From assembly GCA_030141605.1 (NCBI GenBank), contig JAQGDQ010000027.1:682001-746000 (forward strand): a stretch of DNA of 64,000 nucleotides, written 5' to 3'. Source of the stretch: Tubiluchus corallicola (lineage: Eukaryota > Animalia > Priapulida). The translations under genes and the position numbers were made by a program. Positions 1 to 15,000 of the stretch are shown here, piece by piece. Within the stretch, counting starts at the first letter, position 1, and each line of letters begins with the position of its first letter. The notes under the pieces are model-generated. The model had not been told where the DNA came from. It did not search any database and was given only the letters and a program-made list of their open reading frames with translations.

Positions 1-1199
1 ATCTTAAGATAAAAGAGGAACCGAGCTTTTCATTCCTTAGATAGAAAAACTCTCTACGCTCTGATTTATGATCGTTTAGTGAGTGGACGGTTAATTATTT
101 AAAAAAAAGATTGCTAGTTCTCTGGTTAGGCGATATTAAACTTTGTGATGTGGTGACAACTAGGGGAGGAAAAACTATTACAATATATCATTTTCTGCGC
201 AAACGAACAGACAAATAAACAAACAGACAAACGTACACGCATACAGACAAACAAATAAATAACAGTGCTATACCATCTGTTTTATCCAGGTTTGTCAGCT
301 GACACAATTCATGAATTATTACTATAGAAGCCGTCGTTATTAAAAGCTTATATATATTGTAAAAGGTTATACAACTGCATGGTTTAGCTTGCTTGACGTG
401 GTTATACCGTCCCCGAGAGACATCACGCTTACGTATGTGCTGAATGGCTTCACCACGCACGCTCTTTTCAGCTTCTCTCTTCATGGCTTCATCGATTTTA
501 TCAACCTGTGAAAGATGGCTGCAAAGAAAACGATGCTAGGCAAACTGCTAGGTTGAATTTTATGTCATTGAGTTGCTGGGATGTGCAATATCGTTCATCT
601 ATGCTGTGATTACAGGCTTCAGAGCCAGATGAATCTTTAGAGTAAGTTTATTAATATTTTTATATTTATCTTGTACCATTCTATCAGAAATTACACAAGC
701 TCCTATTAGTTAACGTGCAGAATAATTTATTTGCCTCCAGTTCTTAGTGTTTCAGCTAAATAACGGTGAGTATGATTTAAAAACATTCCTTTAAAATCAG
801 CAGAAATTAAATGTTTAGTATGAAAATATCTAACAAAAATATGTATTTTTTAGATAAACCTGTGTTTATTAATTGTACAATATTGGACATTGCAGGCAGA
901 ATTATTATAAGACAACAAACAGATAACATTTCTATCAATAATAAACTTACACCTTTTTTAACATTTTTATCTACGAGCTACTGACAGCTTCAGTTTTTAT
1001 GTAGTGTAAGAATTGCATTTAAATTGTTTTAGATTCACTACTTAGTTAAACTAAATTGACCGACTAGATTCATGATAATATTGATAATATGTCTATCAAT
1101 TTGTGAATTAATAAATAATTATACACTTGGTCACCTTGTAAGTTGGCTTTCAATCACTCAACGGTGTGGCTTATTTAGAGCAGATGATTGTGGCGGGAC

Positions 1200-1925
1200 A
1201 AAAACCTCAAAACTTAGTAAAGTCGTTGGAATTTTCAAAAAATGTTGCAAAATTTTAGATTTATCTACTTATTAAAGAGCTGTATTATACTTTTGCATAT
1301 CCTTACTTTGATTATTGCAGTATATACATATGTAGATACCGTGGAAAGATTAGTTAAAGTTCAAAAAAGTTCATCTGTCTAATGACACACTCGCATTCTG
1401 CAAACTAACCTGTTAAACGGCAAATATGTTAATAAACTTTTGCTTTATATGTATCACCATTTTTTCAATTATAATAGCAGTATGTATTCATACCAAACTC
1501 GACAATACCACAAATTCCATAATCCCTAAATGTAGAATCAACGTTAAGAAACATTTTGTCATGTATAATGATGCTGTAATGTGCAATAATTTACCTAGTA
1601 AAATAAAACAAGCCGGTAATATAAATAAATTTAAGAAACTTTTAAAAAATATTTACTAGAAAATGTGTGATTTGATAAATGATGTAAGATTACATTTTTT
1701 TACCATAACTATACTATTTTATCGTACTAATCAAGTTTGCATCTTTTTATCTGCACTTTTGATTTATTTGCACATACTTGTGTGTTTATATTGTATTGTA
1801 TTCTGTACTTTTAGCTGTAATTTTACTCTCTATGCATTGTCTATATATTTTACGATGTTTTTAATGGACATATAAGTCTCTTGACTTCTGTTCATAAACG
1901 TATCTTAAACAAATAAATAAAAAAT
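1200..1925 (+). mobile_element. 5'-truncated CR1/L2-clade LINE remnant
   Basis: Frameshifted ORF2 C-terminus (KLSKVVGIFKK..ELYYTFAYPYFDYCS; NNLPSKIKQAGNINKFKKLLK), T-rich 3' UTR and AAAT tail. Confidence 0.7.
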
Positions 1926-2437
1926 ATTATGGAGTCATCTTATATAAGGAGGCACTGAACCAACAGAGGTGTGTCTCAGCAATATTTGGACGTGAATCTC
2001 AACAAAGTAAATACCCTGGTATATGTGACCATGAACTTTTATGTATGGCAATGCTTTGTATGACAATAAACTTAAATTTAAAAGAGTGTATTAGATTCAC
2101 CTGCCACAAATTTATTTCATTAGATTTGGCAGTGCTAAAATTCAGTGACTAAAACACCCGTATGACCGCTCAGCTATTCACAGTCAAGTAGCAAATCAAT
2201 TGTTGAAGAAAAAAGCTTTTAAAACTAACAATAATGTATAAGTGATATCAATAAAGAAAATTTTATTGAACATTAAACTTTGTCAAAGAGAGCTAAAATA
2301 ATCGTCAATGACAGTTAATCTGTGAATTAAACGGCTTTGCCAGTATTTTCAATGTAAAACGTAAAGACGGCACTAATAAACCACAAACGAGATCTATTTC
2401 TGAGACATCAGCTGTTCTTGATGCCACAGAACTTTGA

Positions 2438-2451
2438 GTTACCATAGCAAC
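2438..2451. promoter_or_regulatory. RFX X-box motif
   Basis: GTTACCATAGCAAC fits the RFX consensus GTNRCC/N-ATRGYAAC; about 640 bp upstream of the first coding exon of gene 1. Confidence 0.6.
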
Positions 2452-3172
2452 CGCAATAGCAATATGACTATAATGATTACAGTTAACTCAAATGGCCATA
2501 AAACACGATCTTAAGCTTTTATTAGGTAAAAAGTTATTTTACTACAAATAATGACCAAATAATACTTTTACTACAAGTAAAAGCATCCTACGCACAGCTG
2601 GGATTAAAGTGAAATTTCATTATTACAGTCAATAATTCTCAAACATACTGTGTAGTTATACATAAAAGAAACCTACAACCCCCTCGCCGTCTCTGATCTG
2701 AATAAAGCCTCCCCATCCACTTTCCAGGGGACAACCTAACTAGCTCTTTCTAATCAAAATGTTGTTGAAAAGTAGCCAAAAGCATCAACTTGGAGGTTCG
2801 TCACTTCCCGTCTTTTCTTGTTAACCAATTTTAAAAAAGAACCAGATCGAGGCCTTTTGTTTGATGTATGAACCATCGAAAGAAAGTCGTTTACGTTTTA
2901 AATACGTTTGATTCCGTTACCTGTAACAATTATGCAAAAAAGTAATATAACAATACTGTTTATTGTTCTATAATTTTCAGCATTACATAGACCTATAGAA
3001 AAAAACCTGTTACGGTTACTTAACTAAAATCATTGAAATACATATATCACAATCGAACAAGTTGTTAATTTGGATTATCTTATTAATTCCAGGTTGGCAA
3101 GGCGTTTTGAGGAAAGCTTGCTATTGAAGAAACATTGCTGGCTAATAACTAGTCGCTGTCGTCATCAGCATC

Positions 3173-3347
3173 ATGTCTGCGCTTTGTGGCGAGTGTCATT
3201 CACCTATTCGTTCACATGAAAGGCAGATAACACCTCCCATGGGTGGTGACGTGTTTCACGTTGAATGTTTCAAGTGCAGCAGTTGTGGCATGAGCCTCTT
3301 AGATGAAATGGGAAATCCTACAACGGGTTCGTGGGACCAACTCAATG
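3173..3347 (+). CDS. Gene 1 coding exon 1 (LIM domain N-part)
   Basis: [24 protein letters not shown]; acceptor ttccag at 3092, donor G|GTAAGT. Confidence 0.85.
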
Positions 3348-6300
3348 GTAAGTAATACTGTTGAAGTAATATTGTTAATAATTATTACATTTGCCTCGCT
3401 GTGCACATATCATTTGACAATGTTAATTAACTTACGCTTATTATAGTTTTTTGTCTTGTACCAATGTAACTTATAAGCACATAAAGCATTTACGAATATA
3501 GAAACAATTCGTATGCATATAGTACGCAAGGACTAGTACGCAAATTCATCAGCCCATAAAAGATTATTTGAATTGAAGCCAACTTTTTCACTGCATTGAA
3601 GCCAGTCTTTTTATTGTATTGAAGGGAACCTTTTCATTGCATTAAAGCCTTCATTTCACTGCATTGAAGCCAACCTTACATTGTGTTAAAACTAAGTCAG
3701 AATGAGCTAGATGTTCTTAAAATTATAATCAACGATAATGCGTGGCAGTATTAATATTTAGATTCCACACACGTGCACACGTGCCTCTAATATCAAAATA
3801 ATGTAAATTGATTATTTAAAAAAACTAATACTTTTTTAATATTAACTCAATGACTTTTAAACTGTTGAACGTACCCAAATTAATGTCTCTTATTTAAAGA
3901 AACTGTTATCTGTTTTCTAGTATTTTTGATGTAATTTTTTGGTTGTGCAATAAATTCATAATATATTAAAACCAACCTTTTCGTTGCATTGAAGCGAACT
4001 TTGTCATTACATCGAAGCACATTTTTTTCACTTTTCAGATATAGAAACAGAACGACATAATGACCAATTGGCCACCTTTATACAATTTATTTTTAACTTT
4101 TAACTTTTAGGATGCCGACAGTACAATGGACGCTTATTTTGTGAGCAACATTACTACGATGTCATGCTTTTAGTGGAAAATGGCGACTTTTTACACCAAC
4201 TTAGAGAGTTCAAAAACAAAGCCACCGGTTTTGTGGCAGCCAGAAGAAAAAGTTCCACCTCTCTGCAGTTCCCCACTCCTAATGAAGCTTGCCCAGGCAG
4301 CAGCTGTCCTGGATATGCGCATGGGATTAAACCTGTGAATGGATATTGGATAGAATGCACCTACGCTGCCAGAATCAACCCCTACGATTATCGCAGAAGT
4401 CCCTTGGAGCTCTACAGCGAAACAGGGACATTTGAATTGACGTCACACGAACAGGAAATCTACGGAACGTACTTCTACGGAACAGAACACTGGAACTATT
4501 TTACAAACGACGAAGATTTGGGAAACTTAATACTTAGTATGAAACAGGAAACAGTGAACGACAGAGAACAGTTTAGGTAAACGAAAAGATTGAGAAAGGC
4601 CACTAAGGTTGGCATGTTTGTCTTCGTTATTGGTCTTTGTACCTTTTCAAAATACAATTCTTACTATTCAAAAATATCCTCGCATATTTTGGTATATATT
4701 GATTTTAAATAATCCCCAGCCCTTAAGCATCAACTATGAGTTTATATATATATATATATTACGTATTTCTCGGCGTATTAGCAACTGAGGGACCAATTGA
4801 TTTAATACAGATGTGTGTAAGAACGACCACATTAGTAGGGTCAATTTGCTGACTTACCCTAAAAATTGCAAGAAAACGGTTTTGTTTTCTTGTAGTATTT
4901 GGTACAGAAAATAACATATCCAAATTAGGCCGAAATTTGAGCACTGCAAAAGGCCTAATTATGACGTCAAAAAACATGGCCGCCATTTGACCAAAATGAA
5001 CGGGCATACCAGGATGGTGAAAAATGCTCGTTTTAATTCTTTTTGATTCACCCTGTTGTACAAAACGCGTAGCATCCCCAAGTTTTACAATGAATTTTGA
5101 ATGCTGTTTCAGGTTACACCTATCTCTGAAACAATCGTTTTTGCAGCCTACACCATTGCTAGACACGGCTATGTTGGCAGTAATGGCGAGGAATGTAATA
5201 ATGCTCTTGATTAGGTGTTTATCCAGCCATTTTGCAGGCTTTGTTGTGACCCTGACGCACGATCAATTCATTTTTATTTACATTTATTCTGCACGATGTT
5301 TGATGATCATTAATCAAAGAGTTAAACCCGTCTTTTACTTTTTCTTACAGGGTAATGGTGAGAACAGCAACATATCAAATTCACGGTCTAATTCCGGCTG
5401 CGTGTGTGTTTGCTAATCGCTATGACAGGGAGGACGTCGTTAGGTCCCTGGGTAAAGAGATCGGTCTGTACCCGCCATTACGCCTTGCTGAATTACCTTC
5501 TACTTCTGATGACCTTATTAAGTTAGATCAGGTAAGGAAATGCTTAACGATGCTCAACGACTGTTTAAAGAGCTGATTGCGTCCAAATGGCAAGGTTTAT
5601 TTTTCAGTACCACAAAATGACGTGTGCTGGCGAAAGACGATACAGTCATGTACAAATATTATAACATAATCATTTAGAAACACTAATTAAAATTTTAATG
5701 TACAGATATTACTGGCTGGGCAACTTTACATAAACTATATTCATTGCAGTAATCAAAAAAGTGTGGACTGGGCTTGATAACAATGAGGATTTCATAGATA
5801 ATTTATGTCTTCTTCTAAAATTTATTAAAAGTCACGTAATGCCTATCAGTGGAGCAACAGACTATACATCTTCTCCAATTTGTAATAATTTCGTGCCACC
5901 AACCTTCACTTGAGAAATCGTTATTAATGAAGATTGTGCGTGTATAATATTACTTAAATGGTTAATGATTCACACCCCTAAAAACTTTATGATATTTGCA
6001 AGAATTAATTTTTACGAATGATTTGAAACTTTCAGTTATACCCATCTTCTATAAAATGCTTATTGCTTTCAGCGATACTGTTTAATTTTGTTTTTGAGGG
6101 AGTTTTAAAATGACGCCAGGCCGGAAAATCAGTCCAAGTAATGTACAGTGCAACGCGGCCAAGGTTAATGATAATAATGTCACTAATTAACTGAAACGTC
6201 ATTGTTGCCTGAAAGAATTATTTTATTAAATCGTCAGAGAAAGTTTGGGGTTCTGGGCTTCATGGGTTTTATGCATAATGGTTACCTCATTTGACAGGAA

Positions 6301-9300
6301 TTCTTGACGTCCTGGGTTCAGTTCCTGAACTGGAAACTCGTAGTTAATCTTTGTTTATCAACTGATTTTAATTCTTCCAGACTGTAATTATAATGTTTTG
6401 AATGCCGAGGCTAACTAAGAGGTTAATTAGTAGAAAAAGCAGAGGAATCTGAATCTGTCCAGAGTCCTATAATTCTGGACATAGGCCTACACTATAAAGA
6501 GGAGACTAGGTGGCATAAGCGAGGTGTGTGAAAATGTGTGGGTGGGGTGGCTTTTGCTGAGGGTGGTTTTAAGGTAAAGTAATAAAGGTAGTGATATAAG
6601 TGTGAAATTTACCGGAAATAAGTCATAATCCTTAAATCACTAAAGTGAGCAATAACCCAGTGGGCCAACTTTCTACAGTGATAACGGACTTACTTAGGAC
6701 AAATTCTATGCAGGATGTCAGGAAATGGTAGCCCCCTATGTTTATAAGTTATCACAGTCATAATTAGCTACAAACATATTTTTAAATGTTTAATCATTAT
6801 AAAAGTTCTTATTATCTGTTGTTATTCTATTCTTATTATCACGTCTACTGCCCGAAATCAAAAATCAACTAAGCTTTTAGAGAAATAAATCATGACACCT
6901 TTTCCACAGGGAAAATTACCTGAATCATACGCCTGTGCATTTATGGCCCTTACAACTGAAAATAACAGTAGTGTTGAATATGAATAGTTTTATAAAGTAG
7001 TGCATATGATACAGATAAAAAGGAGCAGAGATGACAAAAGACCATACGATCACCGAGTCAGTCGCCTCTAATTAGATGTCAGTAACGTTAACATTGTGCT
7101 AGTGGCAATTAACCAAAGTCATAATTACATTAATTCATAAAAATAAAAAAGGCAAACATGTCTATATACATACATAACCTACTCGCATACTTATATATAC
7201 ATACACTGAAAATGAGTTTAGGTAATAGAATGATAATGATAAGCATAGTGAGAAAAACAATACAGTAACACAGTACTGTAACACACCATAGTGTAGGCTT
7301 GCCAAGGTAAATATGTATATAAATTGGTTATATATAACATGTTTCATAAAATAAACATAGCCTACATTATATTAATTTTTATAGCTATTAAACTCCTTTT
7401 GTATGCAGGTGTTTATTAAGTCTGAGCTGAAGGTGGGCGTTGTTTACATGAAAGAGGGGCAGACCACAGAAGAAGAAATGTTTGACAACAATGGCGACAG
7501 CGAGCTCTTCGCTGAGTTTGTTGATTTGCTGGGCGATCAAGTAAAGTTACAAGGTAAGAAAAGATCGTTCATGCTATAGTGAACTAGGAACATTAACTCA
7601 AATTTCATAACTCGTGGCGACATCTGAGTTTGACAAACGAAACACAAATGAATATGGCGTTATTTTCAGCGCCGCTTTGTCTGGTTGGTGTCTGATATAT
7701 TGCATAGCCTTATTAAACAAAAAATAGCAAATTAAAAATGATTGAGAAAAATCTAATTGCACATTTTCAAGATTTTTTGTGGCAGGATCTCAGACTATAG
7801 TTATTTCCGTAAAGATATGAGTTTCTTCATTATAAATTAAAAGATATGATGATTTTAAAGTGATTAAGGAATGTCTAAGAGCAAATCTCAAAGCTGGAAC
7901 AAAAGCCTGAGCATTTTCAATGTCATTGGCTGCAGAACTTTCATTGCGGTCACTTTTCGAGTGAAGTTAAGCAACACTGAGGCTTGCCAGAGAATGAGTG
8001 GGCGATTACCAGGGCTGTTTCCTTCACCATACTGATTCTGTTTGTTTACCTCGTTGAAAGAGGATGTATTCACACCAGAACACGTCACATCTTAAATGAG
8101 TGGGCTTAGCAGTGATCTAGATTCTGGTCTCGCCACAAATATCTACGTTATATAAAATAAACCATTGAATGCTGGCTAGAAACGGTTTGTTAAATTTTAT
8201 CATATCTGGCTTCATGGTGAAAATCATATAGTCAGTTTCTTTGCATATGATTCTCGATTTCGTGCGTCTTCTATAATTGGTTACATTTTGTTTTCTATTT
8301 GTAAACAGTGCAAAACTTTTTACACGAATGATATATTTTTCTTCTAATTTTTTTCCTGTAGATTAGATGTAAGTGGTTATGTTAACAAAGAACTAGTGTA
8401 AATTCTTTACTAGTGTAACTTTAATTGTAAATTTCATTAAAGAAGTTATATGGGCTGTAGAACGTAATTGTTTTGAGTTTTTTTAATATATATATATATA
8501 TATATATATTAAATATATATATATTCCTCATTATATAGATATATATATAATGTCAAACCTGACAATTAATAGTTTATCCGTGCCACAGTTTAAGAATTAG
8601 CTACATAATTCTAATAAGATTTGCGTTTTTAACAGGGTTTGACAGGTATCGAGGAGGCTTGGACACGTTACACAACCTCACTGGAACTCATTCAATATAT
8701 AACTACTGGCGAGGAATAGAAATCATGTTTCATGTGTCAACAATGCTTCCTTACGAGAAAGACGATGCGCAAAAGGTAAGCAGAAGAAGAACTCTGAAAA
8801 TTATTCTGCAAAAATGATCATATTGTTTTAAATAAAAAATAATGAGGCCATTATATAGTCAAGAATCAAATCGCAATTAGTCTTTTTTTATTGGTTTCAC
8901 ATACATATGCGGATAAATTCAGGTTTTCATGTGCCTGAAAAAAATTATGATTTGTTACGAAACTTTGAGATATATTGATTAACAGTATTAAATTTTAACA
9001 AAAAATTTCGTAGAACACTGTGGTTTTAAACTATAAAATTGTGATATTGAACCTTTACTATTTTACGTGTGTATAGATCTATTAGATAATAAAATTTGTC
9101 TATGTGTCTTGATATCAATGTGGTTGATTGAAAATTCGTGTCATAAAGGTCCTTGATTTTCGCGTATGGATATTTCATTTTCCTTTTTTTGCATTAGTAA
9201 TAATTATTCTGTGGCTGCACTTATCGTAATTTCCATTTTCAGCTGCAAAGAAAGAGACACATTGGTAATGACATCGTTTGCATAGTATTTTTAGAAGGAG

Positions 9301-12067
9301 ATGAAACGGATTTTTCACCGGGAGCTATAAAATCACACTTTTTGCATACGTTTATACTAGTACAAGCCAGCCCACACCAGAGAGAGAAACCAACTAAATA
9401 CAAAGTATGTGTTTTTTTAGTGAACGGTAATTTGAAAATGGCCAGACTAAGCTTAAAGATCACCCTTTGGTTGACCTTATGACAATTTGTCTACTTCAAA
9501 AGTGTAAGCTTATAATAACGTTTCTACTTTCAAAGTTGTGACTTTTCTATTAAAGGTTTCTATTGTTTCTCGAGACGAAGTTCCTGGATATGGACCATTC
9601 CTGAGCGACATGTATGAATTTGATAAGGTAAGATTACTAGAAATTAAATTGTCTCCAAATACGTTGAACCGCGCAAAAGGTAATATGCAGAAAATGCAGT
9701 ATTTTTATCACGTGGCGTAGCTCAGTGGTAGCGTGCTCGCTTACCACCCTGTGGTCGCGGATTCAACTACCGACTGAGTCCTACCAAACAGGCAAAAAAT
9801 ACTACTGCTCGTTCTTCGACCAAGATCGAGGGTATATTGGAGTAACATGCGGGTAATAATAATCGGGACCACCTTGGAAATAAATATCGAGTTACTTAAG
9901 GTATCCCAGGATTGTGTCCTAAACGAAATCACTATTTTTATAATGGCCATTGAAAACGTTGTTTTATTGAGGATTTGCAAACTTGAATAATCTTATATTC
10001 TGACGCATACAGTGACGTTTCGGCATTGCACAATAATAACAAAACAAACATTCGCAAGTAAAAACAATTTTGTTTGATAATGGCGAAAACATTGGCAACT
10101 GAAATGAAAAAAATTGTTTGACTGTTAGATTACTACATTTTACTTTTAGCAATGCCCAAAACGTTCAGACATTTGATCATTCAAGTGTGCACTTCCTTAA
10201 AATAAATTATGATGTTTTGAGTGATGGTTGAATCAGTTCTATTTCTGTTAAAATTAAAATTCCGAAGCGATAGATAAGGCAAGCTCGCAGTAGATTGAGT
10301 GCAAGTACACAAGGAATCGAGTGTGAATGTGTGTGAATCAAATTAAAAACGTAGAAACTTATTTGACTGGCAACTAAGTTGTTTATTTTTTTCTCAGGGA
10401 CCAATGTTCAGAGAATGGTTGTTGACAAAAGTAGTCAACGCAGAAAGAGCAAGCTACACCGCACCGAAGTTTGCCAGAATGCAGGATCGAACACGAGGCC
10501 AGATGCTTGAAGATCTTGTTGTTAACTTGCATAATCACGCCGAAACTGGAAAGATGCCACAGCCTTATAGGTATTAAACACACCTGACATCCACGGAAAG
10601 AAGAAACAATTGTATATGGGCTTAGGCTTTCAGACTGGGCACTATGTTAGTAAACGTGTAAAACGCATGTAAAGTTTGATTAATTAAAAATATCTCTCCA
10701 GGAAATGTGTGTATGTGTGTACAAACACCCAAAACATGTTAAGAGAGTGTTTTATCTGTCATTTTAATTAAAAAAACATAGCATATGTTAAACGTGGGAT
10801 TGAACTGGCGCAGTGATCAAAATTTTTAGATATAGTTTGACACACTGTTTTGACACACTACTAACCAATGGTGGGTCTACTCCTAAAGATGAGCCTCTAA
10901 GATAAATTACTGAAACAGCTCAGGTGTCTGAACCACCTTCAGATGTGCGCCTAATGAGCCTGAAGAAACTTTAAAGTGATTCTCTTGGTACTTATCCATC
11001 CATTTATTAACCAGGTATATTGTTACATAACTTCGTTCACTGACATTTCAGCTGTTCTCCTTGGTTTTTATGTAAAGTCGACTTCTTTAAAACGTAATTC
11101 ATTTTGCTTTATGTGAGAGCCTTTCTGTTGCTAAATGCTTTTTATTCTTAAGGCGTGGCTCTTGGCGACCAATTGGACACATGAGGTCAAACTTTCCACT
11201 CCAAGATTCTGTACGAGACACTTTTGAAAGTTATGAAACGCTGAGCAATGATTTTGCCGTGGCTTTCAGGAAACCAGAAATATGTGATGTGACGTTTATC
11301 GTAGGTTTGTTAAATCTAGCACTTATAACCTGATTAAAGTTCTTATAAGATTATTTCAACGTTTGCATGGATTTATGTACGCTGACTTCCGTTTTTTGTG
11401 AAGTTGCGTCCTTACTCTGAAGATGCAAGGGTAAAGGTATCGAAAATTTCCATTATTAAATAAAATGTATTTTAAGAACAGTTAGAAGTTTGATGAAAAA
11501 AATTTATAACGAATCTGGGGTCCAGCGCGGATTCGTCTCAGGATGTGTACAGCATACGAATGACGAAATTCCACAGCAGGCAAGAAAATTAAAAGGTCCG
11601 GAATACGAAAATAAAATAAATTTTATTACATAACAAGTGTTGTGTTCAAATGTTCAAAAAGAAAAATATGTGAGCAGACTTTAAATTAAAATTGGCGTTT
11701 ATAGACAAAAAGGCCAGGTTGGAATAATCGAATTACGGCATGCATTCTGTTTTATAAAGGTACATCTGTATTACTGGGCTTCTCAACCTTATCCATTACT
11801 AACATTAGGGGTTGGTAGAAATCTGCCTTCGTAACACTATCAGTGATGCACCAAACATCCGCATTTTGTTACCACTCAGCATCTTTAACTTGCAACATTT
11901 CGATATCTTTATAAGCCATCATCAGGCAGTTAGGCTACTTGACGACTTCTTAGTCAAGCTACTGTGTAATTTTTTCAAGTATACACGGCAGGTCTTGGTA
12001 GGATCTGCGCTCTACTAAGGCCTTCTGGCTTTTAAACTGACTGACTGACTGACTGACTGACTGACTG

Positions 12068-12099
<32 letters not shown>

Positions 12100-15000
12100 A
12101 CGGACGGACGGACGGACTGACTGACTGACTGACTGACTGACTGACTGACTGACTGACTGACTGACTGACTGACTGACTGACTGACTGACTGACTGACTGA
12201 TTGCTTGATTGATTGAGTAGCCGACCGACCGACTGATTATAGCTGTGACAGTATATAGTAGGTTCAAAGAACGATTATGTCCCTGAATTCTTAGTCAATT
12301 TCAGTATTATTTAGTGTGACTAAAAACCTAAAAAACTTTGTTTGTTTCATGCCTTAGGCAAGGAGAGAGTAAAACTTCATGCAGTCAGGGCCATCTTGGC
12401 AGTGAGAAGCAGAGTTTTCAAGGAAATGCTTTACGACAACATAAAAGGCATTCGATCAGCATCTTTAAGTTCAACGAACTTGAAAGACAACATGCTACAG
12501 GTAATCACATCTTATTTTTGATTTCTGATTTTCAGCTTTTAAATTGAACTAAACCAAAGAACAGTATCAGTAACCTGCTGCAGCTACATGTCGCATGTTT
12601 TGTCTAGTTAAAAATTTTAAAAACAGCTTAACTAATTGTTTTTAATTGCAAAAGAGCTATTTAGTGGGCGTTCTGACATATGTGGCGACTTTTGTTGCAT
12701 GGACCTCTCAGCTTAGCGCATTGATTCTGCAAAACTAAGTCGGTCGTGTTTCAAATCCAATTTGTTTATAATTTTGCAACTGCTTTTTACTGCATTTACA
12801 TCAATGCTTTAATTAGTATAACCTTAATGTCAAGATTACTATTAATGATATAATGACATTAAAAATGCTGAATTTAAGTGGCCAACCATAAGAGATGAAC
12901 TTTGGACTGTCTTAGATCACTGTAGGACACGGTGGTGGCTTAATAGTCTCTGTCTCAATTACGATAAAAGAAGTATTGAAAGAATGCGCATAATGACATT
13001 AGAGGACTCTTTAATCTTCCTAGTCGGTGTAGTGCAAGCTAAATGTATATTACCTGCAGTGTACCAGCTTTCTCCTGTATACGTAGGAAAGCTGCGTTTA
13101 GTCTCAGAAGAAGGCTATTTTTAAGTCAGAATACTGTTATTAATAACTTGTTGTACAATACTGATACAATTTTTAGATCGAACATTTTTAAGTCGTGACA
13201 AAGAATTCTGTTTACCCATTCTAACTAACCCTTTCTTGTATGTAAGCTAACTATGTTTCTGTAAACTAACTCTGTGTTTTTACTTGTACCTTATTTTATT
13301 CTTGTTCTATGGACTGTAAATATCTGAAATAAAATAAATAATAATAATAAGAGGCTAAAAGTCTCTGGTCCAAATCTATAAGTATTACAACTTTTTTTTA
13401 CATTTTCAGGTTAGCTGTTTGCTATCAAAATTTAATTAACTGTGTATTTACGCCATTCTTTTCATTAACGTATCAGCCTTCTTCGAAATTGCAGTCATAA
13501 CTTCCGATTAAACAAGTTTAACGTTTAACATTAAAATTAGCTGCGATTTATAATATTGTTACGTGTTAAGTCTAATGTAAGTAATGTAATATTAGTGTAA
13601 GTTTTGCACTTACGCTATTTTTATATGATACAGTATTTTTATATGATATGCAAAGTGCATGTGTTCGCGCAATTTTTAGTACAGCATTGTGCATTAAAAC
13701 ACCTATGATTGTTTACATTCTTATCTTTTAAATGATGTTAAGACAAATGCTGCATATTTTCTGCATGTGGTACAACGCTAACATTTCCTACGCATGTCAG
13801 ACTGCACAATCCTTCAGTGAGTTTTAAGTAATAAGTAAACTTCCGGCGTAGATTAGCTCAGAACATGTAAGGAACATGCATTTGCAGCCGCTAGAGTCGA
13901 ACGCAGGACGGCATTGTTGCAGTAAGAAATCTAGACAACTCGGCCACCCATCCCAAGGCGTAGCATGTAAACAGTGACAGTAATAGTATATTAAGCTAAC
14001 GTGACGATATTTATTGACGAAAAGATGAAGAACTGTAAATTGATGCCGTTGTAGTAGTAATATCTGTGAATTGCAACATGTGTATTTAGCAGGAAGACGT
14101 TATATGTCACGATTATAAGTCACAGTTTTCGAATTCTTAATAGCAAAAACGATATGAGATTGATAGATATCCCATACAGAGTATAATTCATCAAACTAAT
14201 TTTCTGTATATTTACTCTGCCGCATCGATTAATACAATAAGCCTATGTATAATGTTTTTGCTCTTGAATATGCTCATGTCTGCAATCAAAGAGCCGTTTT
14301 TTGCTTTTGTCTATAATCTTCGAGTCTGGAATCTTCTCCTGCATTGCTTCTGATTGTTTTGAATTCGACTTTCATTCATCTTTTTATTCAAAAAAATTTA
14401 TCAAGCATTGTGCTTTCTATTATAAAAAATTCTTTGTTCTTGAAACACGTCGTTGAATGTTTATGTGTTTTTTGCACCTTCTTTTCTTAGCTTGGCACTT
14501 TTTTCACTTTTTTGCATATAGATGGCTCTGCTACAGGTTCCAGATCCAGATAACGGCTACAAGAATAAAAGTGCTCCCAGCAGTCCGGTTGCAAAAAGAG
14601 CTCTGTTTCGGTTTGGAAACTTCTCTTTTAAAAGAAGAAGTGATGGCAGTCATGAAAAACTGCGACGAGAACTAAAACGAATGCAAAGCCAACAAAATGC
14701 GTGTAAGTTTTCAACAGTTGAAACACACATCCCAAATTTAGACTTTACAAATGAAAAACTTTATTTTTTTAAACATCTAAGTATACACTAAATAAATGTA
14801 AAAAAAGGTTAATAAATTTTACTTCGATGTAAACAGCAAACAAAAACAAACTATATAACCTCTTAAAAACTGTGAAATCTAAAAATTCTCGACTACTTAG
14901 AATTAAAAAATGCACAATGTGTAATGTCATTTTTAAATATGATAGCACAACAAATTTAAGAATAAACAATTATTTGCTTAACTATGTATACAATTACTTC

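Noticed and set aside
188-484. 98-aa minus-strand ORF
   Set aside because: C-terminus is a (TTTG/TCTG) microsatellite; no domain; the region may be promoter or 5' UTR of gene 1 (donor at 642)
4759-5166. 135-aa minus-strand ORF in intron 2
   Set aside because: No recognisable domain; resembles a non-coding repeat (AAACATGGCCGCC, CATCCCCAAGTTT motifs) whose boundaries I could not define
9713-9790. Possible tRNA gene
   Set aside because: A/B boxes present but no acceptor stem or clean anticodon arm; better explained as a SINE head
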